Shown in pieces: positions 28,681 to 41,918 of a DNA stretch of 64,000 bases. A program made the translations under genes and the position numbers. The stretch is from positions 146,506,001-146,570,000 of the forward strand of contig NC_042999.1 of NCBI RefSeq assembly GCF_006345805.1, given 5' to 3'. This DNA comes from Octopus sinensis. Its lineage: Eukaryota. Positions within the stretch are counted from its first letter, which is position 1. The number at the start of each line of letters is the position of its first letter. The notes below the pieces were generated by a model, which was given only the letters and a program-made list of their open reading frames with translations, searched no databases and was not told where the DNA came from.

Positions 28681-28854
28681 CACCGATCTATATTATTCAA
28701 TGCGAACTTCCTCTTTTAAGACAGTAGGGTGTTATTTGAAGGAAACTGGGCTGCTACGTTTAGCAAACTCGAGCAACAGCTCAACGTAGAAGCGAACATT
28801 TTGAGCTAAACCTTTCCTGGAGCTGGTCTTACTGTTTATTCTTATAAGGTCAAT

Positions 28855-29075
28855 AAAGCAGCGAGCTGACTGAATCGTTAGCACGTCAGATAAAAAGCTT
28901 AGCGGCATTTCTTCTCTCTTTACGCTCTGAGTTCAAATTCCACCGAGGTCAACTTTGTTCCTCGTGCTTTCGGCGTCGATAAAATAAGTATTTGTAGAGC
29001 ACCGGAGTCGATGTAGTCGATTACCCCCCGCCCAAACTTTCCGGCCTTTTGTCAAGTAGAAATGATTCTTGTAGC
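28855..29075 (+). mobile_element. SINE family B
   Basis: Consensus match. Confidence 0.75.
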
Positions 29076-29097
29076 ATCGGTAAAATATTTCCAGTAA

Positions 29098-29263
29098 CAG
29101 GCGCAGGCGTGGCTTTGTGGTAGGAAGCTTGCTTCCCAACCACATGGTTCCGGGTTCAGTTCCATTGCACGGCACCTTGGGCAAGTATCTTCTGCAAAAG
29201 CCCAGGCCGACCAAATTCTTGTGAGTAGATTTTGGTAAACAACAAGTGAAAGAAGCCTGTCGA

Positions 29264-29294
<31 letters not shown>

Positions 29295-29480
29295 TGTATG
29301 TATGTATGTATGTATGTATGTATGTATGTATGTAGTTGTAACTTAGTGGTTCGTCAAAAAGATACCGATAGAATATATACCAGACTTTAAAACAAGTCCT
29401 GGGGTCGATTTCCTTGACGAAAACCTTCAAGGCAGTGCCCCAGCATGGTTACAGTTTAATAACTCACACAAGTAAAGGAA
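29098..29480 (+). mobile_element. SINE family A with internal (TATG)n
   Basis: Consensus match. Confidence 0.8.
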
Positions 29481-29629
29481 CAAAATAATAAAAATATATG
29501 CAGTTCATTTAATCGACTTGATAACAATATTTTGGCCGCTGGTTTCTCAGGTGCAGAAAGAAATCAAAAGAAAGCTAAAAGGCAAGGAAACGATTTCAGC
29601 AGCGTAGCATCTGTTTTTGCTGCTCTATG

Positions 29630-29766
29630 AAGTAGCTCTTTTGCCGAACCGCTAAGTAAACACACCAACACCGATTGTCAAGTGGTAATGGGAGGACAAA
29701 TACAGACATAAAGACACACACACACATATATACATAAACACACACACACACACACACACACACACC

Positions 29767-29830
<64 letters not shown>

Positions 29831-30150
29831 TATATACGTCGGACTTCTTTCAGTTTTTCGTCTGCCAAACCACTCACAAGACAGACCTTGGTCGGCCCAC
29901 GGTATTAGCAGAAGACGGCGATCTAGCAGAAACGTTAGCACGCCGGGCAAATTACGTAGCCGTATTGCGTCTGCCGTTACGTTCTGTGTTCAAATTCCGC
30001 CGAGGTCGACTTTGCTTTTCATCCTTTCTGGGTCGATTAAATAAGTACCAGTTACGCACTGGGGTCGATGTAATCGACTTAATACCTATGTCTGTCCTTG
30101 TTTGTCCCTTCTATGTTTAGCTCCCTGTGGGTAATAAAGAAATAGGTATT
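29630..30150. mobile_element. SINE family A fragment (minus, 29630-29910) followed by SINE family B (plus, 29915-30150)
   Basis: Consensus matches. Confidence 0.75.
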
Positions 30151-30188
30151 AGTAGAAGATACATGCTCAAGGCTCCACGATTTACACC

Positions 30189-30261
<73 letters not shown>

Positions 30262-30264
<3 letters not shown>

Positions 30265-31343
30265 TCTATATAAAACTGAAATGCGTTTTTACCGCTTGGA
30301 TCGCTTTCAATGCCACTACATCCCGTCCGATTCGCTCCAAAATTTACAGGGGACATGTAAAATGAGGTGACGATGCCCGTGGGCTACCTTAGAAATCCCT
30401 ATCTTAAAAGGTGTGGTTGCTAGGGGCCATCTTCCTCACTCACGCTATTTCCTCCTTTCCCCCCTAACTCCCCTTCATTTATAACTTTGACAATTCCACT
30501 CCCGTTATTTAATGTAAAGTTCGTCAGACGACGTTCTTTGATGTATCTGTCTGCATTCATAGGGAGAATTATCATCGCCACATCATGAGATCATATTATG
30601 AATCAGTATATATACAAAGTGTATATATCTGTATTTATGTATATTAAACTTTTTAATACTTTTTGATAGTTATATATATTTTTAAACAAATTATAAATAT
30701 AATTTAATAATTTTTATTTTAAATTTAAATAATTTAAATTTTTCAATTTTATATATTTTATATATTATATTTTTAAAATTTACAGGGACATGTAAAATGA
30801 GGTGACGATGCCCGTGGGCTACCTTAGAAATATACATGTGTATACATTACACATGTATATATATATGTATACACATGTATATATACACATGTATAAATAT
30901 ATATGAATACACATGTATATATACATATGTATATATATATATACATGTATAGACACATCTTTAATTAAACTATTGACCGCCTTAAAACGGATTTCAACAG
31001 ACAAATATTACTATAATGGGGAATTAAATGAATTTATTTATAAACTTTAAACTGAACTTCAATTGTTTTATAAACCTAACAGCGTGGTGGTACGTAAATA
31101 AACAGCGTAAATTAACGAAGGTATAAACCTGACGTAAATACACGAAATTGACGTACTTTCACTTCTGACAACTAACAGCATGACAGTCTGGGTCAACAGT
31201 TCGTTTCCTCGGAGGATATGGAAATTCCTATTACCCGTCAGAGAAATAACTACAGCAGCTCACAACTATTTCAACAAAGACAAGGTTACCTGCTTAACAG
31301 TCGAATTCAGCGTCAACGCTCACGTATGAGAGAGACTCCAACA

Positions 31344-31420
<77 letters not shown>

Positions 31421-32218
31421 CATATATATATATATATATATATTAATAAAAGAAATAAAACATATGCATATATATAAACATATATGTACGTACCTACCTC
31501 TACATGTACATATACACGCATATATGAGTACAGGACACCAAAGGGACGTCGAACACATAGAGAAACGAAAACATAGACACAAACCAAAGGAACAGGACAT
31601 TTTTTAAAAAACAACAAAAATGGAGTACAGGACAGTTAACACAACGAAAAAACCCCTTCTTCAGTCGCTAAGGTTTCATCTACTCTACGTTTCGAAGGAT
31701 AAAAGCGAGACGTATCTTCGACAAGAAACTTTCCTTCCTGCGAAAAGCAAATCAATTAAAATTCTGAGATCTTTTCGCAGAGGGGTAAAAAATGGTAAAA
31801 AAATGGTTAAAAAAACGAGACAGTAACGACAGTACAAAAATATATATATAAACAGTAAAAAAATATATATAACAGTAAAAGACAGGACAGAGAGAACAAG
31901 ATAAGAAGGGCTGTTGACGCCGAACGAAAAAAGTATTGCAAACGCTGAATTTTTTGTGAACGACGAGAGAGCAGGAAAAGTCGTCCAGTAGCCTTAAAAG
32001 GCGGGCGAGAAAGACCGTTAGCAGTTACGGCGGAAGTATCGTCGCAGATGGACGACGGGAATGGGGCAGGAGGAGCAAGAGGAAGGGAGAGAAGAAAGGG
32101 AATGGTGCGAGGAGACCATGAAGAATGGTGAGGGGGAGAGAGAGAATGAAGAATGAGAGAGAGAGGAAGAGACAAGTTAAGTCAGGGAAAAAAGACGAAA
32201 AGGGATGATATATATATA

Positions 32219-32283
<65 letters not shown>

Positions 32284-32823
32284 CATTATGTGGTCGGTCG
32301 GTTCAGCTGAGAATATGCAGACCTATGTTAAAAGTGCTGGCAAGTTTGCATGACAACTATTTTTTTTCCTCAAATGAAAGGCGTGACTTCTAGGACAAAA
32401 TTCCTCATCTTATAAAATGTGGCCCCAGTACACTCGAAAGAAATCGGGTTATATTAACCAAAAGGAGCGGGTGTTTATGAATTCTCTGTTACATCAATGC
32501 GTTCATTTATATGTGTGTGTGTGTGTGTTCTATATATAAATACGTATATATACAAAGTGTATATATCTGTATTTATGTATATTAAACTTTTTCATACTTT
32601 TTCATAGTTATATATATTTTTAAACAAATTATAAATATAATTTAATTTTTTTAAAATTTAAATAATTTACATTTTTCAATTTTATATTATCTATTTCTTC
32701 TATATTATTTTTATGTTTTCGTTTTTGGTTTTTCACTGTTTGATTTGCCTATTAGTGATTTTATCTCTAATTTAATTTATACATATATATATAATTTGTA
32801 TACATTTGTATATATAATGCGTG

Positions 32824-32855
<32 letters not shown>

Positions 32856-34048
32856 CACACATATATATATATATAATGTGTGCATTATGTGGTCGGTTGA
32901 GCTGAAAATATGCAGACCTATGTTAAAAGTGCTGGCAAGTTTGCATGACAACTATTTTTTTCCTCAAATGAAACGCGTGACCTCTAGGACAAAATTCCTC
33001 ATCTTATAAAATGTGGCCACAGTAGACCCGAATGAAATCGGGTTATATTAACCAAAATGTGAAAAGGGGTCTAAATGGGACTGGAAGGGGATTAAAATTT
33101 AAATGAGCGAGTGTTTAGCAATTCTCTGTTACATCAAGCTAAAAAATTTGCGCCAGCCTTTTAATCGTCAATGTGTTGCCGTCCATGATGAAGAAGTTTT
33201 GAATGCTTGCTATAGTGAATCTACTGTCGTGAGAAAGAATCACTTCAAAACTTGGTGTTTACGAATTTTCATTTACATCAAGTTCAAAATTTTACGCCAG
33301 CCGTTAAACTGTCAATACGTTGCTGTCTGTCGTTAAGAAATGCCAGCCATGGTGACTCTACTATCCTCAGATTCTTACCCTTCAAACTTTGGTTTCCAAT
33401 ATTTTATTATTTTTATTCAGCTCGCAAGTTCGTCTGTCCCTTTTAAATGTTAGCGTTTTGCTGTCTGCCTTGAAGCAGACTTTTCCGTTGCCACTGCCTG
33501 ATATTTCTGATTGATCTTTCTAAATATTTTATTTCTCAACTTACTCAAGATCTTTTGTTGTTTATAAATGGGAGAGAGATAGATAAAGATAGAGAGTAAG
33601 AGAAAGCGAGGGAGAGTCCGAGAGAAAGAAAAGGAAGAGAGTGGGAAAGTGAGAGAGAAAGGAGAAAGAAACAAAGAGGGAGAATCATCATCATCATCAT
33701 CGTTTAACGTCCGTTTTCCATGCTAGCACGGGTTGGACAGTTTGACCGGGGTCTGGGAAGCCAGGAGCTGCACCAGGCTCCAGTCTGATCTGGCAGTGTT
33801 TCTACAGATGGATGACCTTCCTAACGCCAACCACTCTGTGAGTGTAGTGGATGCTTTTTTCGTGCCGCCGGCACAGGTGCCAGGGGGCAGATACAACGAT
33901 CGGTTGGTGCTTTTTACGTGTCACCGGCACAGAAGCCAGTCAAGGCGGCTCTGCAATCGGCCACGTCTTTTTTTACGTGCTGAAAGGAAGCAACAGAAAG
34001 TAACAACCACACTCTTACCCGCGCGTAGAGCGGGTCACCTTCAGCTAG
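30262..34048 (+). mobile_element. Non-autonomous Helitron unit 1 of tandem trimer
   Basis: A|TCttctatataaaactgaaatgcg start; CCCGC-gcgtaga-GCGGG hairpin plus tcaccttcagCTAG end. Confidence 0.85.
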
Positions 34049-34984
34049 TCTTCTTCTTCTATATATAAAACTGAAATGCGTTTTTACCGCTTGGATCGCT
34101 TTCAATGCCACTACATCCCGTCCGATTCGCTCCAAAATTTACAGGGACATGTAGAATGAGGTGACGATGCTCGTGGGCTACCTTAGAAATCCCTAGCTTA
34201 AAAGGTGTGGTTGCTAGGGGCCATCTTCCTCACTCACGCTATTTCCTCCTTTCCCTCTCTTACTCCCTTTCATTAATAACTTTGAGAATGCCACTCCCGT
34301 TATTTAATGTATTCCCCTCAACTCCCTTTCACTTTCCCTTTATAAGTTCGTCAGGAGGCTTTCTTTGATGTATCTGTTTGCATTCATAGGGAGAATTATC
34401 ATCGCTACCAAACAACACACAATCATGAGAACAAATATTATGAATCAGATATTCTTGCGTTCATTTATATGTGTGTGTGTGTGTGTTCTATATATAAATA
34501 TGTATATATAATGTGTGTGTGTGTGTTCTATATATAAATATGTATATATAATGTATGTGTGTGTGCGTTCTATATATAAATATGTATTTATAATGTATGT
34601 GTGTGTGTGTGTGTTCTATATATAAATATGTATATATAATGTATGTGTGTGTGTGTGTGTGTTCTATACATAAATATGTATATATAATGTATATATACAA
34701 AGTGTATATATCTTTATTTATGTATATTAAGCTTATTCATACTTTTTCATAGTTATATATATTTTTAAACAAATTATGAATATAATTTAATAATTTTTAT
34801 TTTCAATTTAAATAATTTAAATTTTTCAATTTTATATTTTATATATTTTACATATTATATATATTTTTTTTAATGTTTTTGTTTTTGGTTTTTCACTGTT
34901 TGATTTGCCTATTAGTGGTTTTATCTCTAATTTAAATTATACAGATATATATCTCATTTGTATACATTTGTATATATAATGCGT

Positions 34985-35025
<41 letters not shown>

Positions 35026-36142
35026 CACATATATATATATAATGTGTGCATTACGTAGTCAGTCGATTCAGCTGAAAATATGCACACCTATGTTAAAAGT
35101 GCTGGCAAGTTTGCATGACAACTATTTTTTTCCTCAAATGAAAGGCGTCACCTCTAGGACAAAATACCTCATCTTATAAAATGTGGCCCCAGGAGACCCG
35201 AATGAAATCGAGTTATATTAACCAAAATGTGAAAAGGGGTCTAAATGGGTCTGGAAGGGGATTAAAATTTAAAGGAGCGGGTGTTTAGCAATTCTCTGTT
35301 ACATCAAGCTAAAAAATTTGCGCCAGCCTTTTAATCGTCAATGTGTTGCCGTCCATGATAAAGAAGTTTTGAATGCTTGCCATGGCGAGTCTACTGTCGT
35401 GAGAAAGAATCACTTCAAAACTTGGTGTTTACGAATTTTCTTTTACATCAAGTTCAAAATTTTACGCCAGCCGTTAAACTGTCACTACGTTGCTGTCCGT
35501 CGTTAAGAAATGCCAGCCATGGTGACTCTACTATCCTCAGATTCTATCCCTTCAAAATTTGGTTTCCAATATTTTATTATTCTTATTCAGCTCGCAAGTT
35601 CGTCTGTCCCTTTTAAATGTTAGCGTTTTGCTGTCTGCCTTGAAGCAGACCTTTCCATTGCCACTGCCTGATATTTCTGATTGATCTTTCTAAATATTTT
35701 ATTTCTCAACTTACTCAAGATATTCTGGGAGAGAGATAAATAAAGATAGAGAGTAAGAGAAAGCGAGGGAGAGTCCGAGAGAAAAGAAAAGGAAGAGAGT
35801 GGGAAAGTTAGAGAGAAAGGAGAGAGAAACAAATACGGAGAATCATCATCATCATCGTTTAAAGTCTGATCTGGCAGTGTTTCTACAGGTGGATGACCTT
35901 CCTAACGCCAACCACTCTGTGAGTGTAGTGGGTGCTTTTTTCGTGCCGCCGGCACAGGTGCCAGCGGGGCTCGCAGCGACAACGATCGGTTGGTGCTTTT
36001 TACGTGCCATCGGCACAGAAGCAAGTCAAGGCGGCGCTGCAATCCGCCACGTTCAGATGGTGCTTTTTACGTGCTGAAAGGAAGCAACAGAAAGTAACAA
36101 CCACACTCTTACCCGCGCGTAGAGCGGGTCACCTTCAGCTAG
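34049..36142 (+). mobile_element. Non-autonomous Helitron unit 2 of tandem trimer
   Basis: Same termini; CTAG|TC junction with unit 1; internal tandem repeat of about 40 bp at 34465-34690. Confidence 0.85.
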
Positions 36143-36903
36143 TCTATATATAAAACTGAAATGCGTTTTTACCGCTTGGCTCGCTTTCAATGCCACTACA
36201 TCCCGTCCGATTCGCTCCAAAATTTACAGGGACATGTAAAATGAGGTGACGATGCCCGTGGGCTACCTTAGAAATCCCTATCTTAAAAGGTGTGGTTGCT
36301 AGGGGCCATCTTCCTCACTCACGCTATTTCCTCCATTCCCCTCTAACTCCCCTTCATTTATAACTTTGACAATTCCACTCCCGTTATTTAATGTATCTGT
36401 CTTCCTCAACTCAGTCTCGCTATTTCCTCTCTTCCCAGCACATTTTCACTCACTCTATTACCTTCCCATAATTTTCACTTATGTATCTGTCTGCATTCAT
36501 AGAGAGAAACAAATATTCCATCGCCATCGCCATTGCATTCTATTGTCTACCTGTCAACGCGCCGATCGACCAAATACAAACAGAACACACCAACGAGCGT
36601 TCGTTATCTGGTGATAACATAGGTTTTTCGTATCGATTACATTTTAACATTTATTTAGAACCCTGCAAATTTTTCGTGCTAAATTTTCATTTTTTACTAC
36701 TTTATTATTTTTTCTTAAATTGATGCTTTTATTAAAATTAATTCTAATTGTCTGGGTCAACAGTTCGTTTCCTCGGAGGATATGGAAATTCTTATTACCC
36801 GTCAGAGAAATAACTACACCAGTTCACAACTATTTCAACAAAGACAAGGTTACCTGCTTAACAGTCGAATTCAGCGTCAACGCTCACGTATGAGAGAGAC
36901 TCC

Positions 36904-36946
<43 letters not shown>

Positions 36947-37396
36947 ACGCACATACACATATATACATATATATATATATAATGTGTGCATTATATGGAA
37001 GAATCATCATCATGATCATCATCATAATTATCATCGTTTAACGTCCGTTTTCCGTGCTAGCACGGGTTGGACAGTTTGACCGGGGTCTGGGAAGTCAGGA
37101 GGCTGCACCAGGCTCCAGTCTGATCTGGCAGTGTTTCTACAGGTGGATGCCCTTCCTAACGCCAACCACTCTGTGAGCGTAGTGGGCGCCTTTTTCGTGC
37201 CGCCGGCACAGGTGCCAGGGGGGCTGGCAGCGACAACGATCGGTTGGTGCTTTTTACGTGCCACCAGCACAGAAGCCAGTCAAGGCGGTGCTGCAATCGG
37301 CCACGTTCAGATGGTGCTTTTTACGTGCTGAAAGGAAGCAACAGAAAGTAACAACCACACTCTTAACCGCGCGTAGAGCGGGTCACCTTCAGCTAG
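36143..37396 (+). mobile_element. Non-autonomous Helitron unit 3 of tandem trimer
   Basis: Exact CTAG|TCtatatataaaactg junction at 36142/36143; ends CTAG|T. Confidence 0.85.
37005..37330 (-). mobile_element. Headless SINE-like fragment carried inside the Helitron (also 33685-33960 and 35843-36070)
   Basis: ggttggcgttaggaagggcatcc motif and (GAT)n 3' tail on the reverse strand, present in all three Helitron units. Confidence 0.7.
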
Positions 37397-37419
37397 TATA
37401 TATATAAATCTTTCCTTCT

Positions 37420-37640
37420 CTAACCATGCCAGGCTCATAAGGGCCCGTTTCCCGGTTTTCATGGCTTGCATATCCCCCACCTGGACGGGACGCGCCGATC
37501 CGTTACAGGATTACTCATTTTTATCAGCTGAGTGGATTGGAGTAACGTGAAATGAAGTGTTTTGCTCCAGAACACAACACATTGCCCATTCCAGGAATTG
37601 AAACCACAATCTTACGATCATTAGTCCAACACCCTAACAT
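37420..37640 (-). mobile_element. SINE related to 9024-9280
   Basis: Homology of body and tail. Confidence 0.7.
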
Positions 37641-37643
37641 GTT

Positions 37644-37681
<38 letters not shown>

Positions 37682-37689
37682 TACATATG

Positions 37690-38233
37690 TCTCTTATATA
37701 AAATCCGTTCTGTCTGTCTGTATGTGTGTCTTCTTAGATCTCGGGCATCCTCCATCCGATTGCGCTCAAATTTGATATGTAGATACCGACGGTATCAGGG
37801 CGTGTATAAGTCTTGAAAAAGTTACAAAAATCGATTCCAGGTGAGAATGCGATCGATAAAGCCGTTTTTGTCCTGCTTTTCTTCTGTCAACCTGTACATA
37901 ACTGCACCTTACATTTTTTGTTGTTTTTGTACTGCTTAAAGGCACGTTTCTTTCCTGCCAAGCCTACTATTTAAACCATGTTTGTGTTCTCCTAGTCAAC
38001 AGCCTTATCATTACCGGTACGTTAAACTCTTCGGTTGCATATTTGTGTGAATAAAACCGTTTTTCTTTGGAATAGAAAAAAGTCTATCTTTATTTCTTCT
38101 TTTGCTGGTGTCTCAAATTTAGGTTAAATCAGTGTTTCTCAAAGGGGAGACCTATGGGACGGTCGGACAAGTTGTTTTGAGAAAATTTAGTTTAAATGTT
38201 TGACAACTCCATTGGACGGGGTGCATTTTGCTC

Positions 38234-38234
<1 letters not shown>
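37690..38234 (+). mobile_element. Non-autonomous Helitron-like element ending in CTCG
   Basis: TCtcttatataaaatccgttctgtctgtc start; related to 42810-43179. Confidence 0.7.
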
Positions 38235-38290
<56 letters not shown>

Positions 38291-38528
38291 TAATTAAGGG
38301 TAGAAATCAATATTTATCAATTAAAACCAGTGGTCTAACATATTAAAAAAATCCGAAGATTAAATATTTATATATACCAATTAAGGACTGAACACGAAAA
38401 AGTGAACAGTCAACATGCTAGATATAGACGTCAAATCGCCATTCTCCACAAAAGATTATGTTCTCAGATCAAACTCAACACCAACCCAAGCAATAAACAA
38501 GTGAAAATATACGAAAAATAATACTCAT

Positions 38529-38593
38529 CCATGTACTGAATCAGTTTCGACTATTATTATCCATAAGGATACCCGTAGTCTTCGTTGGCATGG
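38529..38593 (-). ncRNA. Hammerhead copy with mutated core (CCAACGA), presumed inactive
   Basis: Reverse complement of 39022-39086 with three substitutions in the CUGAUGA box. Confidence 0.7.
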
Positions 38594-39021
38594 CCGATAT
38601 GAATGAAATCTGCTGAACTAGATGCAAAAACGATACCGGAGTATCATCATGTGCGTAGAGTTCAACCGATTACATCGGAATGTGTATTTCAAATGCCTAT
38701 CACCTTGGCGCGTTGAGACCCGAAGAAAATGGCCTGCAGCTAATAATTAGCAGCAGTCAATTTATCGGTTAGAGAAACATATTTATTTTTTTATAAAATT
38801 AATTAAGGGTAGAAATCAATATTTATCAATTAAAACCAGTGGTCTAACATATTAAAAAAATCCGAAGATTAAATATTTATATATACTGAACACGGGTCTC
38901 AACGCGCCAAGGTGATAGGCATTTGAAATACACATTCGGATGTAATCGGTTGAACTCTACGCACATGATGATACTCCGGTATCGTTTTTGCATCTAGTTC
39001 AGCAGATTTCATTCATATCGG

Positions 39022-39086
39022 CCATGCTGATGAAGACTACGGGTATCCTTACGGATAATAATAGTCGAAACTGATTCAGTACATGG
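39022..39086 (+). ncRNA. Type I hammerhead ribozyme, apparently intact
   Basis: CCATG-CTGATGA-A-GACTA-(22 nt)-TAGTC-GAAACTG-ATT-CAGTA-CATGG: stems I, II and III all pair; GUA cleavage triplet at 39079-39081. Confidence 0.8.
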
Positions 39087-39320
39087 ATGAGTATTATTTT
39101 TCGTATATTTTCACTTGTTTATTGCTTGGGTTGGTGTTGAGTTTGATCTGAGAACATGATATTTTGTGGAAAATGGCGATTTGACGTCTATATCTAGCAT
39201 GTTGACTGTCCACTTTTTCGTGTTCAGTCCTTAATTGGTATATATAAATATTTAATCTTCGGATTTTTTTAATATGCTAGACCACTGGTTTTAATTGATA
39301 AATATTGATTTCTACCATTA

Positions 39321-39352
<32 letters not shown>

Positions 39353-39580
39353 CGCAGTCCATGCGTATCACTCAGGTTTACGAGAGGAGATGACCTCCCT
39401 TTGCAAATATCATAAGGGCATAGAAATTGTGTCTAAAGTCAGCTGGAGACGCATCGTCTCCTGGGGCTAAAAAGCTAAAGTAACACCCACCCCTAGTAGT
39501 TAGCCATATTGAGATGGCTAGTATACTTTACGTTGTCGAGCGCTTACTGTTTACATCTCGTTCAGAGATTTATTATTGCT

Positions 39581-39659
<79 letters not shown>

Positions 39660-39664
<5 letters not shown>

Positions 39665-39800
39665 ATCCAAACAAGAAAGCACAAAAAAAACACAACAACG
39701 CGAGGACGTGGAACAATTATAGTATTATTGGACGCTCAGGAAAGAAGGAGGTTTTAATGTTTCGAGCGGAACTCTTCGTCGGAAACATAGGAGAAGGAAA
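39660..39800 (-). mobile_element. Penelope-like terminal fragment with degenerate minimal hammerhead (39755-39788)
   Basis: Reverse strand ttt-CCGACGA-A-GAG-ttccg-CTC-GAAAC-ATT-aaaac. Confidence 0.5.
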
Positions 39801-39844
39801 GATCCAGAGAAGGGAAGACAGAGGAAAAAAAATCGCAACGGTAG

Positions 39845-39858
39845 ACAGACAGACAGAC

Positions 39859-39952
<94 letters not shown>
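39845..39952. repeat. (AGAC)n(AGAT)n microsatellite
   Basis: Direct reading. Confidence 0.95.
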
Positions 39953-40387
39953 CTAAATGAAAAGTAATCTCAAGGAGTGAGTAGCAGCTAACTTGAAGGA
40001 ATTAGCTATTAAAAGAACAACATATTTTTAAAGAACAGCGTCAGATTAATGGAATAGATAGAATACAATAACGGCAGCGAGTAAACAAAAAAGTTGAAGA
40101 AATATACTTTACAACAAGAATAGTGTCGACTCGTTATTAGACGTGGGTTTGTTGATTCGTTCTTGTCACATTCCAGACAAGAACGTGGATAGATTCCTAT
40201 CAGAACTATGTATATAATAGTAATAATAATGATAATAATGATTTCTTTTATGTGCCACTAGGGCGAAGGGTGAGGTGGCCAATAGAAACACAGACATAAA
40301 ATGGGGTGGGGGTTACATATAATGAAATGATTAAAAAAAAGGAAAGAAAAATTAGTATACGCGATATACGATAAACAAAGTATATAT

Positions 40388-40545
40388 AGGCATAGGAGTG
40401 GCTGTGAGGCAAGTTCCTTGCTCATGGTCTCTGAGTTCATTCCCACTGCATGGCACCTTCGGCAAGTGCCTTCTACAATAGCCTCGGGCCGACCGAAGCC
40501 TTGTGAGTGGATTTGTTAGATGGAAACTGAAAGAAGCCCATAGTA
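40388..40545 (+). mobile_element. SINE family A 5' half
   Basis: Consensus match. Confidence 0.7.
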
Positions 40546-40859
40546 TATATCATGTTCTCCGTTTTCTTTGTTTGTTTGTTTGTTTGTTTGTTTTTGTATT
40601 TGTTGCCGTACACATTCGCTAGCTTTCTTACAAAGGGGTCTAATGCTCTAAGCTTAGACTTTTTGGGGAGCAACCAGATCGAACTATCTCATGTGTAACT
40701 GTCCGAAATGGTCGTGACTGCTAGTACTTGACTGATGAAAGAAAGCCAAGAATGACCCGTCCTCTTTTGCCTGTCCTTCTAATTGTTGTTTCTCTTGTCC
40801 GTCCTTTGTGTTGTCTATCTGTCCGAACGTTTTAATACCCTCTATTCCGTTTTTGCTCC

Positions 40860-40935
<76 letters not shown>

Positions 40936-41059
40936 GTATGTGTGTGTGTGTTTGTCTCCCTATCATCGCTTGACAACCGATGTTGGTGAGTTTAGTCTCC
41001 ACAACTTAGCATTTCGTCCAGCGTGATAACAATTCGTCCAACTCGCCACCTTTTGTTTC

Positions 41060-41575
41060 TAAAATGTTGTGAAATTTGGAAGGAGGGGACTACTTGATTA
41101 TATTTACCCTAGTATTTGACTGGTATATTATTTTATCGACCCTGAAAGGATGAAAAAGCATAGTTGAAATCTTCAGAATTCGAACTCGAGAAGTAAAGAA
41201 CTGGGAGAAATGCTGCAAGACATTTTGCCCGACGTTTATACAATTCTGCCAATCTACCATGCGATATAACAATATATAACCGAAGCACAAGCCCGGCGAC
41301 CCCGGGTGGCGGGAGTGGTTAGTCGACATTACCAAAAGAAATATTTTAAAGGTTCATAAGGCGGCGAGCTGGCAGAATCGTTAGCACGCCGGACAAAATG
41401 TTTAGCGGCATTTCGTCCGTCTTTACGTTCTGAGTTCAAATTCCGCGGAGATTGACTTTGCCCTTCATCCTATCGGGGTCAATAAATTAAGTACCAGTTG
41501 TGTACTGGAGTCGATGTAATCGACTGGCCCCCTCCCCCAAAATTTCGGACCTTGAGTCTAGAGTAGAAAATATTA
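41060..41575. mobile_element. SINE family B pair (minus 41060-41300, plus 41360-41575)
   Basis: Consensus matches. Confidence 0.75.
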
Positions 41576-41579
41576 TTAC

Positions 41580-41627
<48 letters not shown>

Positions 41628-41633
41628 GAAAGC

Positions 41634-41918
41634 GTAGAGGCACATGGCCTAGTGTTTAGATCGCGGGTTCGAATCTCAGACTGGGCGATGTGTATGTTTA
41701 TGAGCGAAACACCTATGCTCCACGCGGCTCCGGCAGAAGGTAACGGCGAACTTCTGCTGACTCTTTCGCCACAACTTTCTCTCACTCTTTCCTCCTGCTT
41801 CTTGCAGCTCACTTGCGACGGACCGATGTCCCATCCAGGTGGGGAACCTATACGCCAAGGAAACCGGGGACATCGGCCCTATGAGCCAGGCGTGGCTCGA
41901 GAAGGAACAAACAATATT
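41634..41918 (+). mobile_element. SINE family C with tail type b
   Basis: gtagaggcacatggcctagtgtttagatcgcgggttcgaatctc head (internally deleted); tail as 1554-1840. Confidence 0.8.

Larger units (their letters stand above)
38289..39326. mobile_element. Penelope-like non-autonomous element: 434-bp inverted arms around a partial direct repeat
   Basis: Arms 38289-38722 and 38893-39326; 38798-38894 directly repeats the first ~100 bp of the left arm (11-nt deletion); flanked by (TA)n; contains hammerheads. Confidence 0.75.

Noticed and set aside
31218-31345. SRIQRQRSRMRETP as a relic of a Helitron Rep/Hel N-terminus (also 36782-36905)
   Set aside because: Too short, with no Rep or helicase motifs nearby; would need a profile search to support
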